From: Bacteroidales bacterium
GTDB taxonomy: Bacteria > Bacteroidota > Bacteroidia > Bacteroidales > JAGOPY01
DNA length: 64,000 bases
Reading direction: 5' to 3'
Assembly (NCBI GenBank): GCA_023229505.1
Contig: JALNZD010000001.1
Coordinates: 66,823 to 130,822, forward strand
Position numbers and translations under genes: made by a program. Below the pieces are notes generated by a model that saw only the letters and a list, made by a program, of their open reading frames with translations, was not told the origin of the DNA and made no database searches. Within the stretch, counting starts at the first letter, position 1. Every line of letters starts with the position of its first letter. Of the stretch, positions 1-9,435 are shown in pieces.

Positions 1-428
1 CTGGTTCCTTTATTGAACTGGGCGGAAACAAAGAGCAGGATCTTCCTGGCTTCCAGGTATGCGGTTTGCGGGTCCTTATAAGTATCTTCTATTCTTTTGG
101 AGAATGGGTCAAATTTCACAAAAACAGCGATAAGGATGAGCACACTGGCAGCAACTCCGGCAATCCAATAAATCCAGGGCCGGCGAAGATCAACGAGTGG
201 TGCCAGATTGTTTCCTTTCACGGCGGACATCACCTTGTTATCGAAATCAGCATCCTCGATTTTCTGATCCTGTTCCTGGATTACGAAACTGAAATATCCT
301 TCAAGATTTTTCCACTTCAGAGGTACATCCCCTGAGGCGAAAAAATCACGGAGCTGATTTTCTTCTGAGAGAGAGGTTTCTCCCTCAAAATACTTCTCCA
401 ATAGTTTCTCAATTTCGTGCAAGTTCAT
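1..428 (-). CDS. putative anti-sigma factor / single-pass membrane protein (3-prime end cut by window edge)
   Basis: Absent from the ORF track because it runs off the window. The ATG at 428-426 (minus) overlaps the sigma-factor stop by 20 nt. My translation, MNLHEIEKLLEKYFEGETSLSEENQLRDFF...RRPWIYWIAGVAASVLILIAVFVKF..., stays open to base 1 and has one hydrophobic helix. It lies directly downstream of an ECF sigma gene. The + ORF 66..335 is its antisense shadow. Confidence 0.6.
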   Translation of the reverse strand, partial: MNLHEIEKLLEKYFEGETSLSEENQLRDFFASGDVPLKWKNLEGYFSFVIQEQDQKIEDADFDNKVMSAVKGNNLAPLVDLRRPWIYWIAGVAASVLILIAVFVKFDPFSKRIEDTYKDPQTAYLEARKILLFVSAQFNKGT

Positions 429-924
429 ATCCTTGTATTTTTAAGATCGTATCCCTGACTTTTTTGCGTGCTCTCGACAAATTCACCCTTACCGCATTAA
501 TATTCAACTCCATGACTTCGGCAATCTGTTCATATTCCAGGCCTTCAATATCCCGCATATGCATGATCGCCTTTTGCTGTTCCGGGAGATTTTCAATGAT
601 TTTCCGGACAAACCCTGTAAAATCAGCCCTTTCCAACAATTCTTCAGGGTTATGCTTTACGGTTAAAACCTGCCGGTCAGTCAGTCGTTCTGTCTGGAAA
701 GCTTTTGACCTGATCCTGTCAAGGCAGAGATTTTTCGTTATTGCCATCGCAAAGGCTTCTATACTAGAATAATTTTTCAAATCATCCCGCCTGGTCCAGA
801 GTTTAATCAAGGCATCCTGCACTGAATCTTCCGCTTCTTCAACCCTGCCCAGCAACCGCAGTGACAGACGGAACAGTCTGTGCTTCAGCGGAAGGACCTG
901 TATTTTAAACTCTTCAGGGTTCAT
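409..924 (-). CDS. RNA polymerase ECF-type sigma-70 factor
   Basis: 171 aa. Region 2 (DSVQDALIKLWTRRDDL, FAMAITKNLCLDRIRSK) and region 4 HTH (MRDIEGLEYEQIAEVMELNINAVRVNLSRARKKV) are typical of ECF sigma factors. Confidence 0.9.
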   Translation of the reverse strand: MNPEEFKIQVLPLKHRLFRLSLRLLGRVEEAEDSVQDALIKLWTRRDDLKNYSSIEAFAMAITKNLCLDRIRSKAFQTERLTDRQVLTVKHNPEELLERADFTGFVRKIIENLPEQQKAIMHMRDIEGLEYEQIAEVMELNINAVRVNLSRARKKVRDTILKIQGYELARN

Positions 925-1008
925 TTGGTGTTAAGACGATAGAAGAATAGATTCATTACAACTGATATCGAAAAAACTTACTAAATTTTACCTTATTCTG
1001 ATTGAAAT

Positions 1009-1038
1009 TTTGAAAAGTTCGATTTTTCATTATTTTTG
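1009..1038 (+). promoter_or_regulatory. candidate Bacteroidota sigma-A promoter (-33 TTTG / -7 TAnnTTTG) for the POT transporter
   Basis: TTTG at 1009..1012 and TATTTTTG at 1031..1038, 18 nt apart and about 45 nt upstream of the ATG at 1083. Confidence 0.35.
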
Positions 1039-1082
1039 TGTCATTGACTTCTCCAGTGTTTTTATAACTAAAACCTAAAATT

Positions 1083-2768
1083 ATGTTTAAAAATCATCCA
1101 AAAGGACTTTTCGTAGCCTTTTTCTCCAATATGGGGGAACGTTTTGGCTTCTACACCATGATGGCCATACTGGTATTGTTTCTGCAAGCTAAATACGGTT
1201 TAACTGAAAGCCAGGCCGGAAGTTATTACAGCTGGTTTTATTTCAGCATTTATGCGTTAGCTCTCCTTGGCGGTTTATTGGCCGACTGGACAAAGAAGTA
1301 CAAACTCGTGATCCTGGCCGGTATTATAGTCATGTTTGCAGGGTACCTCATTATGGGAATTCCGGGAAACACCCTCACCGTCACGCTGGTTGGCCTTTTT
1401 ACCATTGCATTCGGAAATGGCCTTTTTAAAGGAAACCTTCAGGCAGTTGTGGGTCAGATGTATGATAACCCGAAGTATTCAAAAGTCCGGGATAATGCAT
1501 TCATGATTTTTTACATGGGTATTAATATCGGTGCATTTTTTGCGCCTTTCGTCGCTACCGGTATCCGTAACTGGTTCCTGAAAACACAAGGATTTCTTCA
1601 TGACGGAAGCCTTCCGGCGATGTGCCATGCTTTTATGCGGGGTGAACTCGTCAACACCGGAGATTTCCAGACTCTTGCCAACAAGGTTTCGTTATCCGGC
1701 CTTCCTGTAACTGACCTGGGGACGTTTGCTCAAAACTACATTGATGCTTTCTCCAGGGGGTATAATTATGCTTTTTCGATTGCGGCAGGGGCAATGGTCA
1801 TCTCAATGCTTGTTTATCTCATTTTCAATAAACACCTGCCATCCAAAGATAAGATCGCAAAAGCCGATGCAAATGCAAAGTCTGTTGTTAAGATGCCCTG
1901 GGCAGAAGAAAAGAAAAGACTCATTGCACTCGGACTGGTCTTCATCGTTGTTATTTTCTTTTGGATGTCTTTCCATCAGAACGGTCTGACCCTTACTTTC
2001 TTCGCCCGGGATTATACGGTAAAAGATGTAGGGCCCTTCACCAATATTTTCTTTAACCTTGAGTCGATACTCGCTTTCATTGGTGCGGTTGCCGGCCTCT
2101 TCCTCGTGATCCTTAATAAAAAAGCCACTACCAAGTTAATCGGTGCTGGTATGCTTTTGGTCGGTGGTGGCCTGACTTATTATTTTATATCGGGTTATAA
2201 CACACTGAACCCTATAGCTCCCGAAGTATTCCAATCTTTTAATCCTTTGTTCATTGTAGCGCTCACCTTTCCTATAATGGGACTTTTCGCCTGGCTGAAC
2301 AGGAAAAATATGGAACCATCAACCCCGAAGAAAATCGGGATCGGGATGATCATCGCAGCTGTCGGATTTTTGCTTATACTAATTGCATCCCTCGGCCTGG
2401 TCTCGCCTCACGAGCTTCAATATGTCGGCGAAGCCGGTAAATTAGAGTACCATTCAGTGCCTGATTCTTCAAGGGTGATGCCATACTGGCTTATTAACGG
2501 CTACCTGATCATGACGATCGCCGAACTTTTTTTAAGCCCGATGGGTTTATCTTTTGTCTCAAAGGTTGCTCCACCCAGGTTCCAGGGCCTCATGCAAGGA
2601 GGATGGCTGCTGGCGACTGCGCTTGGCAACAAGCTTCTTTTTGTCGGAAGCTACTTCTGGGGCAAACTCGACCTGTGGCAGCTCTGGGCCATATTCATTG
2701 TCTGTTGCCTGCTTTCGGCAGCTTTCATCTTTTCCATCATGAAGAGGCTTGAAAACGCTACTAAATAA
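1083..2768 (+). CDS. POT/PTR2 family proton-dependent di-/tripeptide transporter
   Basis: 561 aa, polytopic. The N-terminus HPKGLFVAFFSNMGERFGFYTMMAILVLFL and the FYMGINIGAFFAP motif are characteristic of POT family permeases. Confidence 0.9.
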   Translation: MFKNHPKGLFVAFFSNMGERFGFYTMMAILVLFLQAKYGLTESQAGSYYSWFYFSIYALALLGGLLADWTKKYKLVILAGIIVMFAGYLIMGIPGNTLTVTLVGLFTIAFGNGLFKGNLQAVVGQMYDNPKYSKVRDNAFMIFYMGINIGAFFAPFVATGIRNWFLKTQGFLHDGSLPAMCHAFMRGELVNTGDFQTLANKVSLSGLPVTDLGTFAQNYIDAFSRGYNYAFSIAAGAMVISMLVYLIFNKHLPSKDKIAKADANAKSVVKMPWAEEKKRLIALGLVFIVVIFFWMSFHQNGLTLTFFARDYTVKDVGPFTNIFFNLESILAFIGAVAGLFLVILNKKATTKLIGAGMLLVGGGLTYYFISGYNTLNPIAPEVFQSFNPLFIVALTFPIMGLFAWLNRKNMEPSTPKKIGIGMIIAAVGFLLILIASLGLVSPHELQYVGEAGKLEYHSVPDSSRVMPYWLINGYLIMTIAELFLSPMGLSFVSKVAPPRFQGLMQGGWLLATALGNKLLFVGSYFWGKLDLWQLWAIFIVCCLLSAAFIFSIMKRLENATK

Positions 2769-3713
2769 TTGATGTACCCCTGGGGACATCAACGCCGCTT
2801 TAACTCCTATGCCGAATATTTCAAAAAGCAATTCGGCGGAAGAGTACAAAAATTAGCTATTGACGCCGGGTTTACCTGTCCTAACCGTGATGGGTCCAAG
2901 GGCTTGGGAGGATGCACCTATTGCGATAACGATGCTTTCAATCCCTCCTATTGCCATCCTGAAAAATCAATCCTCACGCAAATTGAAGAAGGAATTGAAT
3001 TCCATGCAAGGAGATACCGACGGGCTTCCCTTTTCCTTGCTTATTTCCAGCCTTATTCCAATACCTATGCCCCGCTGGAAAAACTGAAAGAGATTTACTC
3101 ACAGGCACTGTCTTTCCCGGAGATAATCGGCTTGGTTATCGGTACCCGGCCTGATTGTATTGACGGGGAGAAACTTGAATATTTCCGGAACCTTTCTGAG
3201 TCTCAATATATCATGCTGGAATACGGCATTGAATCGTGCTATAACCGAACCCTGAAAAGGATTAACAGGGGCCATACCTTTGAGGATTCCATCGCTGCAC
3301 TCGGGATGACATCTCAATATGGTATAAAAACCGGTGTTCACCTGATCTTCGGGCTTCCGGGGGAAACAAGGGATGAAATGATGAAAGAAGCTGAGATATT
3401 ATCGGCTTTGAATATCAATAACATTAAATTTCACCAGTTACAAATTATTAAAGGTACCAGGATGGCTGAAGAGTTTAAAATGATGCCTGAAGGTTTTATC
3501 CGGTTTTCCCTGGATGATTACATTGAATTCATTATTGATTTTGTTGAAAAGCTAAATCCGGCTTTCGTAATAGAAAGATTTGCAGGTGAAGTCCCGCCCC
3601 GTTTCCTGGCAGGACCTGGCTGGGGTTTGATCCGCAATGATCAGATCCTGGTTAAGATCGAAAAAAGGATGGAAGAAAGAGGAACTTGGCAAGGTAAGAG
3701 GTTTAAGATTTAA
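2769..3713 (+). CDS. TIGR01212-family radical SAM protein
   Basis: The N-terminus YPWGHQRRFNSYAEYFKKQFGGRVQKLAIDAGFTCPNRDG...GGCTYCDN matches the TIGR01212 (YtqA/YhcC-like) radical SAM pattern. 314 aa. Confidence 0.85.
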   Translation: MMYPWGHQRRFNSYAEYFKKQFGGRVQKLAIDAGFTCPNRDGSKGLGGCTYCDNDAFNPSYCHPEKSILTQIEEGIEFHARRYRRASLFLAYFQPYSNTYAPLEKLKEIYSQALSFPEIIGLVIGTRPDCIDGEKLEYFRNLSESQYIMLEYGIESCYNRTLKRINRGHTFEDSIAALGMTSQYGIKTGVHLIFGLPGETRDEMMKEAEILSALNINNIKFHQLQIIKGTRMAEEFKMMPEGFIRFSLDDYIEFIIDFVEKLNPAFVIERFAGEVPPRFLAGPGWGLIRNDQILVKIEKRMEERGTWQGKRFKI

Positions 3714-3757
3714 GGTTTAAGTTGAGGATTTGAAACTTGAAATTTGAAATTTTTTAC
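3691..3757 (+). repeat. heptanucleotide array straddling the stop codon of the TIGR01212 gene
   Basis: 7-nt phase: aaggtaa gaggttt aagattt aaggttt aagttga ggatttg aaacttg aaatttg aaatttt. Stops at TAA 3711 (frame 0), TAA 3718 (frame +1) and TGA 3731 (frame +2). Ends in a T-run at 3750..3755. Confidence 0.7.
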
Positions 3758-3779
3758 GGGAAATAAAAAATTATAATAT

Positions 3780-3787
3780 TATATTTG
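3780..3787 (+). promoter_or_regulatory. candidate -7 box TAnnTTTG upstream of the large T9SS protein gene
   Basis: TATATTTG lies 41 nt upstream of the ATG at 3829. No clear -33 element. Confidence 0.3.
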
Positions 3788-3828
3788 CTTAAGCATTTTT
3801 TAGTATTAACCTAAATAAATAAAGCTTT

Positions 3829-6800
3829 ATGAGAAAACTATTACTCTTTGTAGCAGCAATGCTAATCTCGTGGGCTGCATTCCCTCAGGCTATCGCGTAC
3901 TTTGACAATTTCGAGTCATATACGGCAGGACAATACCTGGCAGTGCAGTCCGATTATTGGACAACCTGGAGTAACCTCCCGGGCTCTTCTGAAGATGGAT
4001 ATGTCAGCACTGAAGAGGCCCTGAGCGGTGTAAATTCAGTGAAAGTGGCAGGTACTACAGACCTGTTAAAAGTAATTGGCGACAAGGTTTCCGGAAAATG
4101 GAAGGTCGAAGTGAACATGTATGTCCCGACCGGTTTTGGCGGGTATTATAACCTGCAGAAATTCTCCTCTCCGGGAGTGGAATGGGGCGTTCAGGCTTAT
4201 TTCGGCGAGGATGGCAACGGTACGATCGATGCCGGTGCAGAAGGCGCGGGTGTTTTTACATTTTCCCATGATACCTGGATCAATATCGTTAATATTGTCG
4301 ACCTTGACAATGACTGGGCAGAAGTTTGGATCGACGGTGTCCAGATCGTTGCCTGGCCATGGAGCCTCGGTACGTTCGGGGATCCCGGCGCCATACAGCT
4401 TGGTGGTATGAATATGTATGCCGGTGCACCCTCAGGTGACGTTTCAACCTATTATTTTGATGATGTAAAGGTGGAACAACTGATCTCTTCCTTCTATTAT
4501 GATGATTTCGAATCGTATGATGTTAACAGTTTCATTGCAGTTGAAAACCCGACCTGGTGGACAACCTGGTCAAACCTGCCCGGATCAGGCGAGGATGGAC
4601 AGATCGTCGAAACCTATGCCAGCAGCCCGACAAAATCAGTTGTCCTTGATGAAGTTCCCGGTGCATCCGATCTTATCCTCAAGTTGGGAGATAAGACCTC
4701 AGGGGCTTATGAAGTGAATTTCGATTTCTATGTTGAGACAGGAAAATGCGGATATTTTAACATCCAGCATTTCGAATCACCTGGTATTGAATGGGCCTAT
4801 GAAGTTTATTTAAGAACAAACGGTACCGGAAAACTTTATGCCGGCAGCACGACCGCTATCACCTTTACTTATCCCAAAGATACCTGGTTCCAGGTTGTTA
4901 ACCGCATTAATATCGATGGCGATATGGCTTATTTATATGTGGATGGTGTGCTGGTGCATTCCTGGCCATTCCACTATCAGGGAACCAGTACGAGTGGAAC
5001 CAACCAGCTTGGCGGGGTAGACTTTTATGCCGGGGCTGAAAGCGGAAGCGGAGAAACGCCAAGGGCTTATTTTGATAACCTGGAGTTCAAACCCATTCCG
5101 GCCGAATTATATGCTGATGATTTTGAATCCTATAATATTGGAGAATTCATGGCTGTGGTTAATCCAATATGGTGGACTACCTGGTCAAATCTGCCTGGTT
5201 CAGGCGAAGATGGCGAGATTGTGGATGATTATGCCAACAGCCCGACAAAATCAGTTGTCCTTGATGAAGTTCCGGGAGCCTCTGACCTCATCCTCAAACT
5301 GGGCGACCGGATCTCCGGTTCTTACGCATTGAACTGGATGGCATATGTGGAAACCGGATATGCCGGATATTTTAACATACAGCATTTCCAGTCCCCCGGA
5401 ATTGAATGGGCCTATGAAGTTTACTTCGATGAAGATGGCACCGGCAGGTTGTTTGCCGGCAGTACAACTCCATTCACTTTTGATTATCCTAAAGACACCT
5501 GGTTCTCAGTGGAAAACAATATCAACATCGATGAAGACTGGGTAACACTGACCATCGACGGGGTGATCATTTATTCCTGGCCATTCCATTTCCTATCTGA
5601 CGGTACAGCCGGGACTAATCAACTGGGTGGAGTTGACTTTTATGCTGGAGCCGCCACAGGCGAAACTCCCAAGTCATATTTCGATGACATAGAGTTCCTG
5701 CAGATTTCCGGAGAACTGGATCCGGTCATTGCAGTTGATCCTACAAGCATTGCAGCCACTGCACCAGCGGGCGGTGTTGACGAAACAACGCTTAACATCA
5801 CTAATGAAGGGGCGGCAGATCTGGAATACCAGGTCAGTGTGATCTATGAAGTCGCAGTACAACGGACTGATGTCATCAGTCTTGAAGGTCAGTCCAGCCC
5901 GGTCAGGACACTGGGCTACAGCGAGGTCAGTGTCGATCCGGATGCCCGCCCTGCGTCATATAACCCCCCACCGACAGATGATTTCGTACTGCATTATGAT
6001 GGTGATAATTCCAATGCAATTGGATGGGGTTCAGCGCCCATCTCCCCCATTGTTGCAGCCATGTTCCCCACTAACCTTACTTTGCCCCATGCAGGGATGA
6101 AGATCAGTACGGTTGATGTTTACATTAACGATCCGGGTACCAATTTCGTTCTTAAAATTTATGATATGGGTACGAGTTATCAGCCCGGGACCTTGCTGGT
6201 TTCGCAACCATTTGCAGGACAGAGCCTCAGCTGGAATACCATTAACTTAGCCACCCCGGTCAATATCACCGGTGCTGATATCTGGGTAGGTTATCAGTTC
6301 ACGCAACCCGATACTGGAATTTATATTCCAGGCGTCGATGCTGGTCCTAACGATCCTAACGGCGATTTCATTTCCACCGGTGTAGGCTGGTCGCATCTTT
6401 CCAACAATCCTGCTCTGCCATATAACTGGAATATCCGTGCTAACCTGACCGGAACCCCGATTGAGCAATGGCTCTCCGTTGCTCCTGCCTCCGGCCTGAT
6501 CACCCCGGGCAACACGGATCCGCTTACGGTTACCTGTGATGCTTCCGGCCTGGATGTCGGTACCTACACGGCTACTTTGCGTGTTTTAAGCAATGACCCG
6601 GAAAATTCGCAAATTGACGTCCCGGTGACATTCGAAGTAACTGAAGGAGGTACGCCGGTGTCAGTTATCCTTGACTTTGAGGAACAGGCTGACTGGGATA
6701 TGACCTTCAATCTCTGGTCAGTTGTGGATGTTGACGGTTCCAGCACTTTCCCTATCCCGGACGTTACCTTCCCGCACAGCCAGGAGCCTATGGCATTTAT

Positions 6801-7473
6801 TGCTTTCAATCCGGCCACTACCACTCCTCCCATGACCGGTGACCCGGAAATCCAGCCCCATGGCGGTGTAAGATTCGGCGCTTGTATGGATGCTGCAGAT
6901 CCTACCTTTCTGAATGATGACTGGATGATTTCCCCGCAGATTACCCTGGGAATTAATTCTTCTATCACTTTGTGGGTAAAATCCTATACGGGTGAATATG
7001 GCCTGGAGAGATACAATGTGCTCGTTTCCACTACCGATATGGACCCGGCAAGCTTTACTGCAATCTCCGGTTCTACCCCGATGGAAGCACCGACCGTATG
7101 GACCGAAGTTACTTTTGACTTAGCAGCTTATGATGGCCAGACAGTTTATGTCGCCATCCAGTGTGTTTCAGAAGATGCTCTCGCATTCATGATTGATGAC
7201 GTCTCGATCGACTTCCTCGTTGGTATGCCGGAACAGTCGCAGGATGTTGAAATAGCTATCTACCCGAACCCGGTCACAGATCAACTGAATATCACATCAG
7301 GTGTTGAAATGACCCAGGTGGATATCTTCAACCAGCTCGGCCAGAAAGTTTACAGCCAGGTTGTGAAAGATACCAACTTCAATATGAATACTACCGGATT
7401 CAATGCAGGTGTCTATTTTGTCAGGATCACTACTGATGAAGGGATTGCAACGAAAAAGATCATGGTTAAATAA
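3829..7473 (+). CDS. large secreted T9SS cargo protein with three tandem ~200-aa N-terminal domains, a choice-of-anchor-J-like domain and a Por/T9SS C-terminal sorting domain
   Basis: Signal peptide MRKLLLFVAAMLISWAAFPQA. Three repeats each start (Y/F)(D/A)(D/N)FESY...WTTWSNLPGS(G/S)EDG. A later region, NDDWMISPQI...YNVLVSTTD...GQTVYVAIQC, resembles choice-of-anchor J. The C-terminus IYPNPVTDQLNI...GVYFVRITTDEGIATKKIMVK is a T9SS CTD. Confidence 0.85.
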   Translation: MRKLLLFVAAMLISWAAFPQAIAYFDNFESYTAGQYLAVQSDYWTTWSNLPGSSEDGYVSTEEALSGVNSVKVAGTTDLLKVIGDKVSGKWKVEVNMYVPTGFGGYYNLQKFSSPGVEWGVQAYFGEDGNGTIDAGAEGAGVFTFSHDTWINIVNIVDLDNDWAEVWIDGVQIVAWPWSLGTFGDPGAIQLGGMNMYAGAPSGDVSTYYFDDVKVEQLISSFYYDDFESYDVNSFIAVENPTWWTTWSNLPGSGEDGQIVETYASSPTKSVVLDEVPGASDLILKLGDKTSGAYEVNFDFYVETGKCGYFNIQHFESPGIEWAYEVYLRTNGTGKLYAGSTTAITFTYPKDTWFQVVNRINIDGDMAYLYVDGVLVHSWPFHYQGTSTSGTNQLGGVDFYAGAESGSGETPRAYFDNLEFKPIPAELYADDFESYNIGEFMAVVNPIWWTTWSNLPGSGEDGEIVDDYANSPTKSVVLDEVPGASDLILKLGDRISGSYALNWMAYVETGYAGYFNIQHFQSPGIEWAYEVYFDEDGTGRLFAGSTTPFTFDYPKDTWFSVENNINIDEDWVTLTIDGVIIYSWPFHFLSDGTAGTNQLGGVDFYAGAATGETPKSYFDDIEFLQISGELDPVIAVDPTSIAATAPAGGVDETTLNITNEGAADLEYQVSVIYEVAVQRTDVISLEGQSSPVRTLGYSEVSVDPDARPASYNPPPTDDFVLHYDGDNSNAIGWGSAPISPIVAAMFPTNLTLPHAGMKISTVDVYINDPGTNFVLKIYDMGTSYQPGTLLVSQPFAGQSLSWNTINLATPVNITGADIWVGYQFTQPDTGIYIPGVDAGPNDPNGDFISTGVGWSHLSNNPALPYNWNIRANLTGTPIEQWLSVAPASGLITPGNTDPLTVTCDASGLDVGTYTATLRVLSNDPENSQIDVPVTFEVTEGGTPVSVILDFEEQADWDMTFNLWSVVDVDGSSTFPIPDVTFPHSQEPMAFIAFNPATTTPPMTGDPEIQPHGGVRFGACMDAADPTFLNDDWMISPQITLGINSSITLWVKSYTGEYGLERYNVLVSTTDMDPASFTAISGSTPMEAPTVWTEVTFDLAAYDGQTVYVAIQCVSEDALAFMIDDVSIDFLVGMPEQSQDVEIAIYPNPVTDQLNITSGVEMTQVDIFNQLGQKVYSQVVKDTNFNMNTTGFNAGVYFVRITTDEGIATKKIMVK

Positions 7474-7493
7474 TCATTCTTACTGATACTTAA

Positions 7494-7529
7494 AGAGGGT
7501 GCCTCATTTGAGAGCACCCTCTTTTTTTT
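7494..7529 (+). terminator. rho-independent terminator
   Basis: The 9-bp stem AGAGGGTGC (7494..7502) pairs with GCACCCTCT (7514..7522) and is followed by a T-run to 7529, 20 nt after the stop. Confidence 0.8.
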
Positions 7530-7537
7530 CATGTGAT

Positions 7538-7696
7538 TCAGACGGATTTTTTCTTTCTGCCCGATGTTGAAAGCGCCTGGTCGATGATCCACTCTAAATG
7601 GCCGTTAACGCTACGGAACTCATCAGCAGCCCATTTTTCTATAGCTGCATATGTATCCTGGTTCAGCCTGAGCACAAATGTCTTTTTACCAGCCAT
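7538..7696 (-). CDS. Arc/ribbon-helix-helix family small DNA-binding protein (52 aa, below the ORF-track cutoff)
   Basis: My translation is MAGKKTFVLRLNQDTYAAIEKWAADEFRSVNGHLEWIIDQALSTSGRKKKSV. The pattern of beta-strand (FVLRL), helix and helix (N-G-x-hydrophobic-E-W) is typical of Arc-like RHH proteins. It is co-oriented with the SPFH gene and 19 nt downstream of it. Confidence 0.65.
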   Translation of the reverse strand: MAGKKTFVLRLNQDTYAAIEKWAADEFRSVNGHLEWIIDQALSTSGRKKKSV

Positions 7697-7715
7697 AACT
7701 TACTTTTAATTAGAC

Positions 7716-8582
7716 CTATTGATGTAAAGTTCCGGCATTAATTACGGGTGCGGCATCCTTGTCTGAACAAAGCACGACCATCAGGTTACTGACCATGGCA
7801 GCTTTTTTATCCTCATCAAAATCGATAATATTCTTTTTTGAGAGCTGCTCTAATGCCATCTCAACCATACTGACAGCGCCTTCGACAATTTTAAAACGTG
7901 CGGCCACAATGGCTGTTGCCTGCTGTCTGCGCAACATGGCGCCGGCAATTTCGGCGGAGTAAGCCAGGTAACTTATCCTTGCCTCGATGATGTGAATTCC
8001 TGCAATTGACAGACGTTCCCTGAGCTCGTTCTCGAGAACATGATTAACTTCTTCTCCCCCGGAACGCAGGCTGATCTCGGCCTGGGCATCATCGAAGTTA
8101 TCATAAGGATAATGCCCTGCTAATTTTCTTATAGCGGATTCGCTCTGGATTTCAACAAAATGACTATAATCATCGACCTCGAAAGCAGCCTTAAAAGTAT
8201 TTTCGACCTTCCAGACCATTACAATCCCGATCATGATAGGATTTCCAACCTTATCATTCACTTTGATCGGTTCGCTGTCGAGGTTCCTGGCCCTGAGCGA
8301 AATCTTCTTTTTAACAAAGAAAGGATTGGCCCAGAAGAACCCATTCACTTTGATTGTGCCGGTATAATCACCGAACAACACCAGGACCATAGATTCATTG
8401 GGATTGACCACCATGAATCCAGGCATCAGAAAGACAGGAATAGCAATGAACGCGAAAATCCAGTCCTTATCCAGCGAAAAAGCCAGTGCAAATATTGCAC
8501 CGAGAAGAATAAAAATGATGGCCAGGAATAGATAGCCACTTTTTGGTGAAAAATTGTTCTCTTTTTCCATTTTAATATTCAT
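7716..8582 (-). CDS. SPFH/band-7 domain membrane protein
   Basis: N-terminal TM helices followed by an SPFH-like core (LDSEPIKVNDKVGNPIMIGIVMVWKV..., AIRKLAGHYPYD, AEIAGAMLRRQQA). The ORF opens with TTG at 8606; the ATG at 8582 or 8570 is a more likely start. Confidence 0.85.
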   Translation of the reverse strand: MNIKMEKENNFSPKSGYLFLAIIFILLGAIFALAFSLDKDWIFAFIAIPVFLMPGFMVVNPNESMVLVLFGDYTGTIKVNGFFWANPFFVKKKISLRARNLDSEPIKVNDKVGNPIMIGIVMVWKVENTFKAAFEVDDYSHFVEIQSESAIRKLAGHYPYDNFDDAQAEISLRSGGEEVNHVLENELRERLSIAGIHIIEARISYLAYSAEIAGAMLRRQQATAIVAARFKIVEGAVSMVEMALEQLSKKNIIDFDEDKKAAMVSNLMVVLCSDKDAAPVINAGTLHQ

Positions 8583-8717
8583 TTTAATATTATTTTGATA
8601 TTGCAATAATACTACTTTTTTTATTACAAAGTCAAGTTTTTATTAAATTATTTTTTTAATGGCACGCGAATGACGCGAATTGAGCGAATTTTAATGGATT
8701 ATCTTACTTTTGTCGGA

Positions 8718-9422
8718 ATGAAATCACCATCAAAATACAAACATATTTTCATTGATCTTGATAAGACCATTTGGGATTTCGAAAGTAATTCACGCATAAC
8801 GTTCCGGGAAATTTTCGAAAAATACCAACTGAGATCGCATGGAATCAGTCATTTACATAATTTTACAGAAGTTTATACGCGTATCAATGATTTGTTGTGG
8901 GGTTTATACCGGGAGAATAAAATAAAAAAAGAAGTACTAAATATCCGGCGTTTTGAATTAACCCTGCAGGAATTTGGTATCGACGACCTGATCCTGGCAA
9001 CCCGGATTGCTGAAGATTACGTTACCCTTAGCCCATTAAAGACTATTCTTTTTCCGCATTCCCGTGAAGCGTTGAATTATTTGAAAATTGATTACTCACT
9101 TCATATCATCACTAACGGTTTTGAAGAAATCCAGCAGAAAAAGCTGGATGTCTGTGACCTCAGGAAGTATTTTACAACAATTACCACATCTGAAGAAGCC
9201 GGTGTAAAAAAGCCTGAAACAGGTATATTCGAACTGGCTTTGGAAAAAGCAGGAGCAAAAGCCAGCGAGAGCCTGATGATCGGTGATGATTTGCTGGTTG
9301 ACATGGCCGGTGCGCGGTTAATCGGGATGGACACTTTGTATTTCAACCCTCAGCGCCATGTGCATGAACACCGCCTTGACCATGAAGTTCATTCATGGCA
9401 TGAAGTGATGAAAATCCTTTAG
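8718..9422 (+). CDS. HAD-IA family hydrolase (YjjG-like nucleotidase type)
   Basis: Motif I FIDLDKTIWDF, motif II ITNG, motif III/IV KKPETGIF...MIGDDLLVDMAGA. The start is taken at the ATG at 8718, just before motif I. The ORF is open from 8670. Confidence 0.8.
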   Translation: MKSPSKYKHIFIDLDKTIWDFESNSRITFREIFEKYQLRSHGISHLHNFTEVYTRINDLLWGLYRENKIKKEVLNIRRFELTLQEFGIDDLILATRIAEDYVTLSPLKTILFPHSREALNYLKIDYSLHIITNGFEEIQQKKLDVCDLRKYFTTITTSEEAGVKKPETGIFELALEKAGAKASESLMIGDDLLVDMAGARLIGMDTLYFNPQRHVHEHRLDHEVHSWHEVMKIL

Positions 9423-9435
9423 AAATAAGGTAAAT

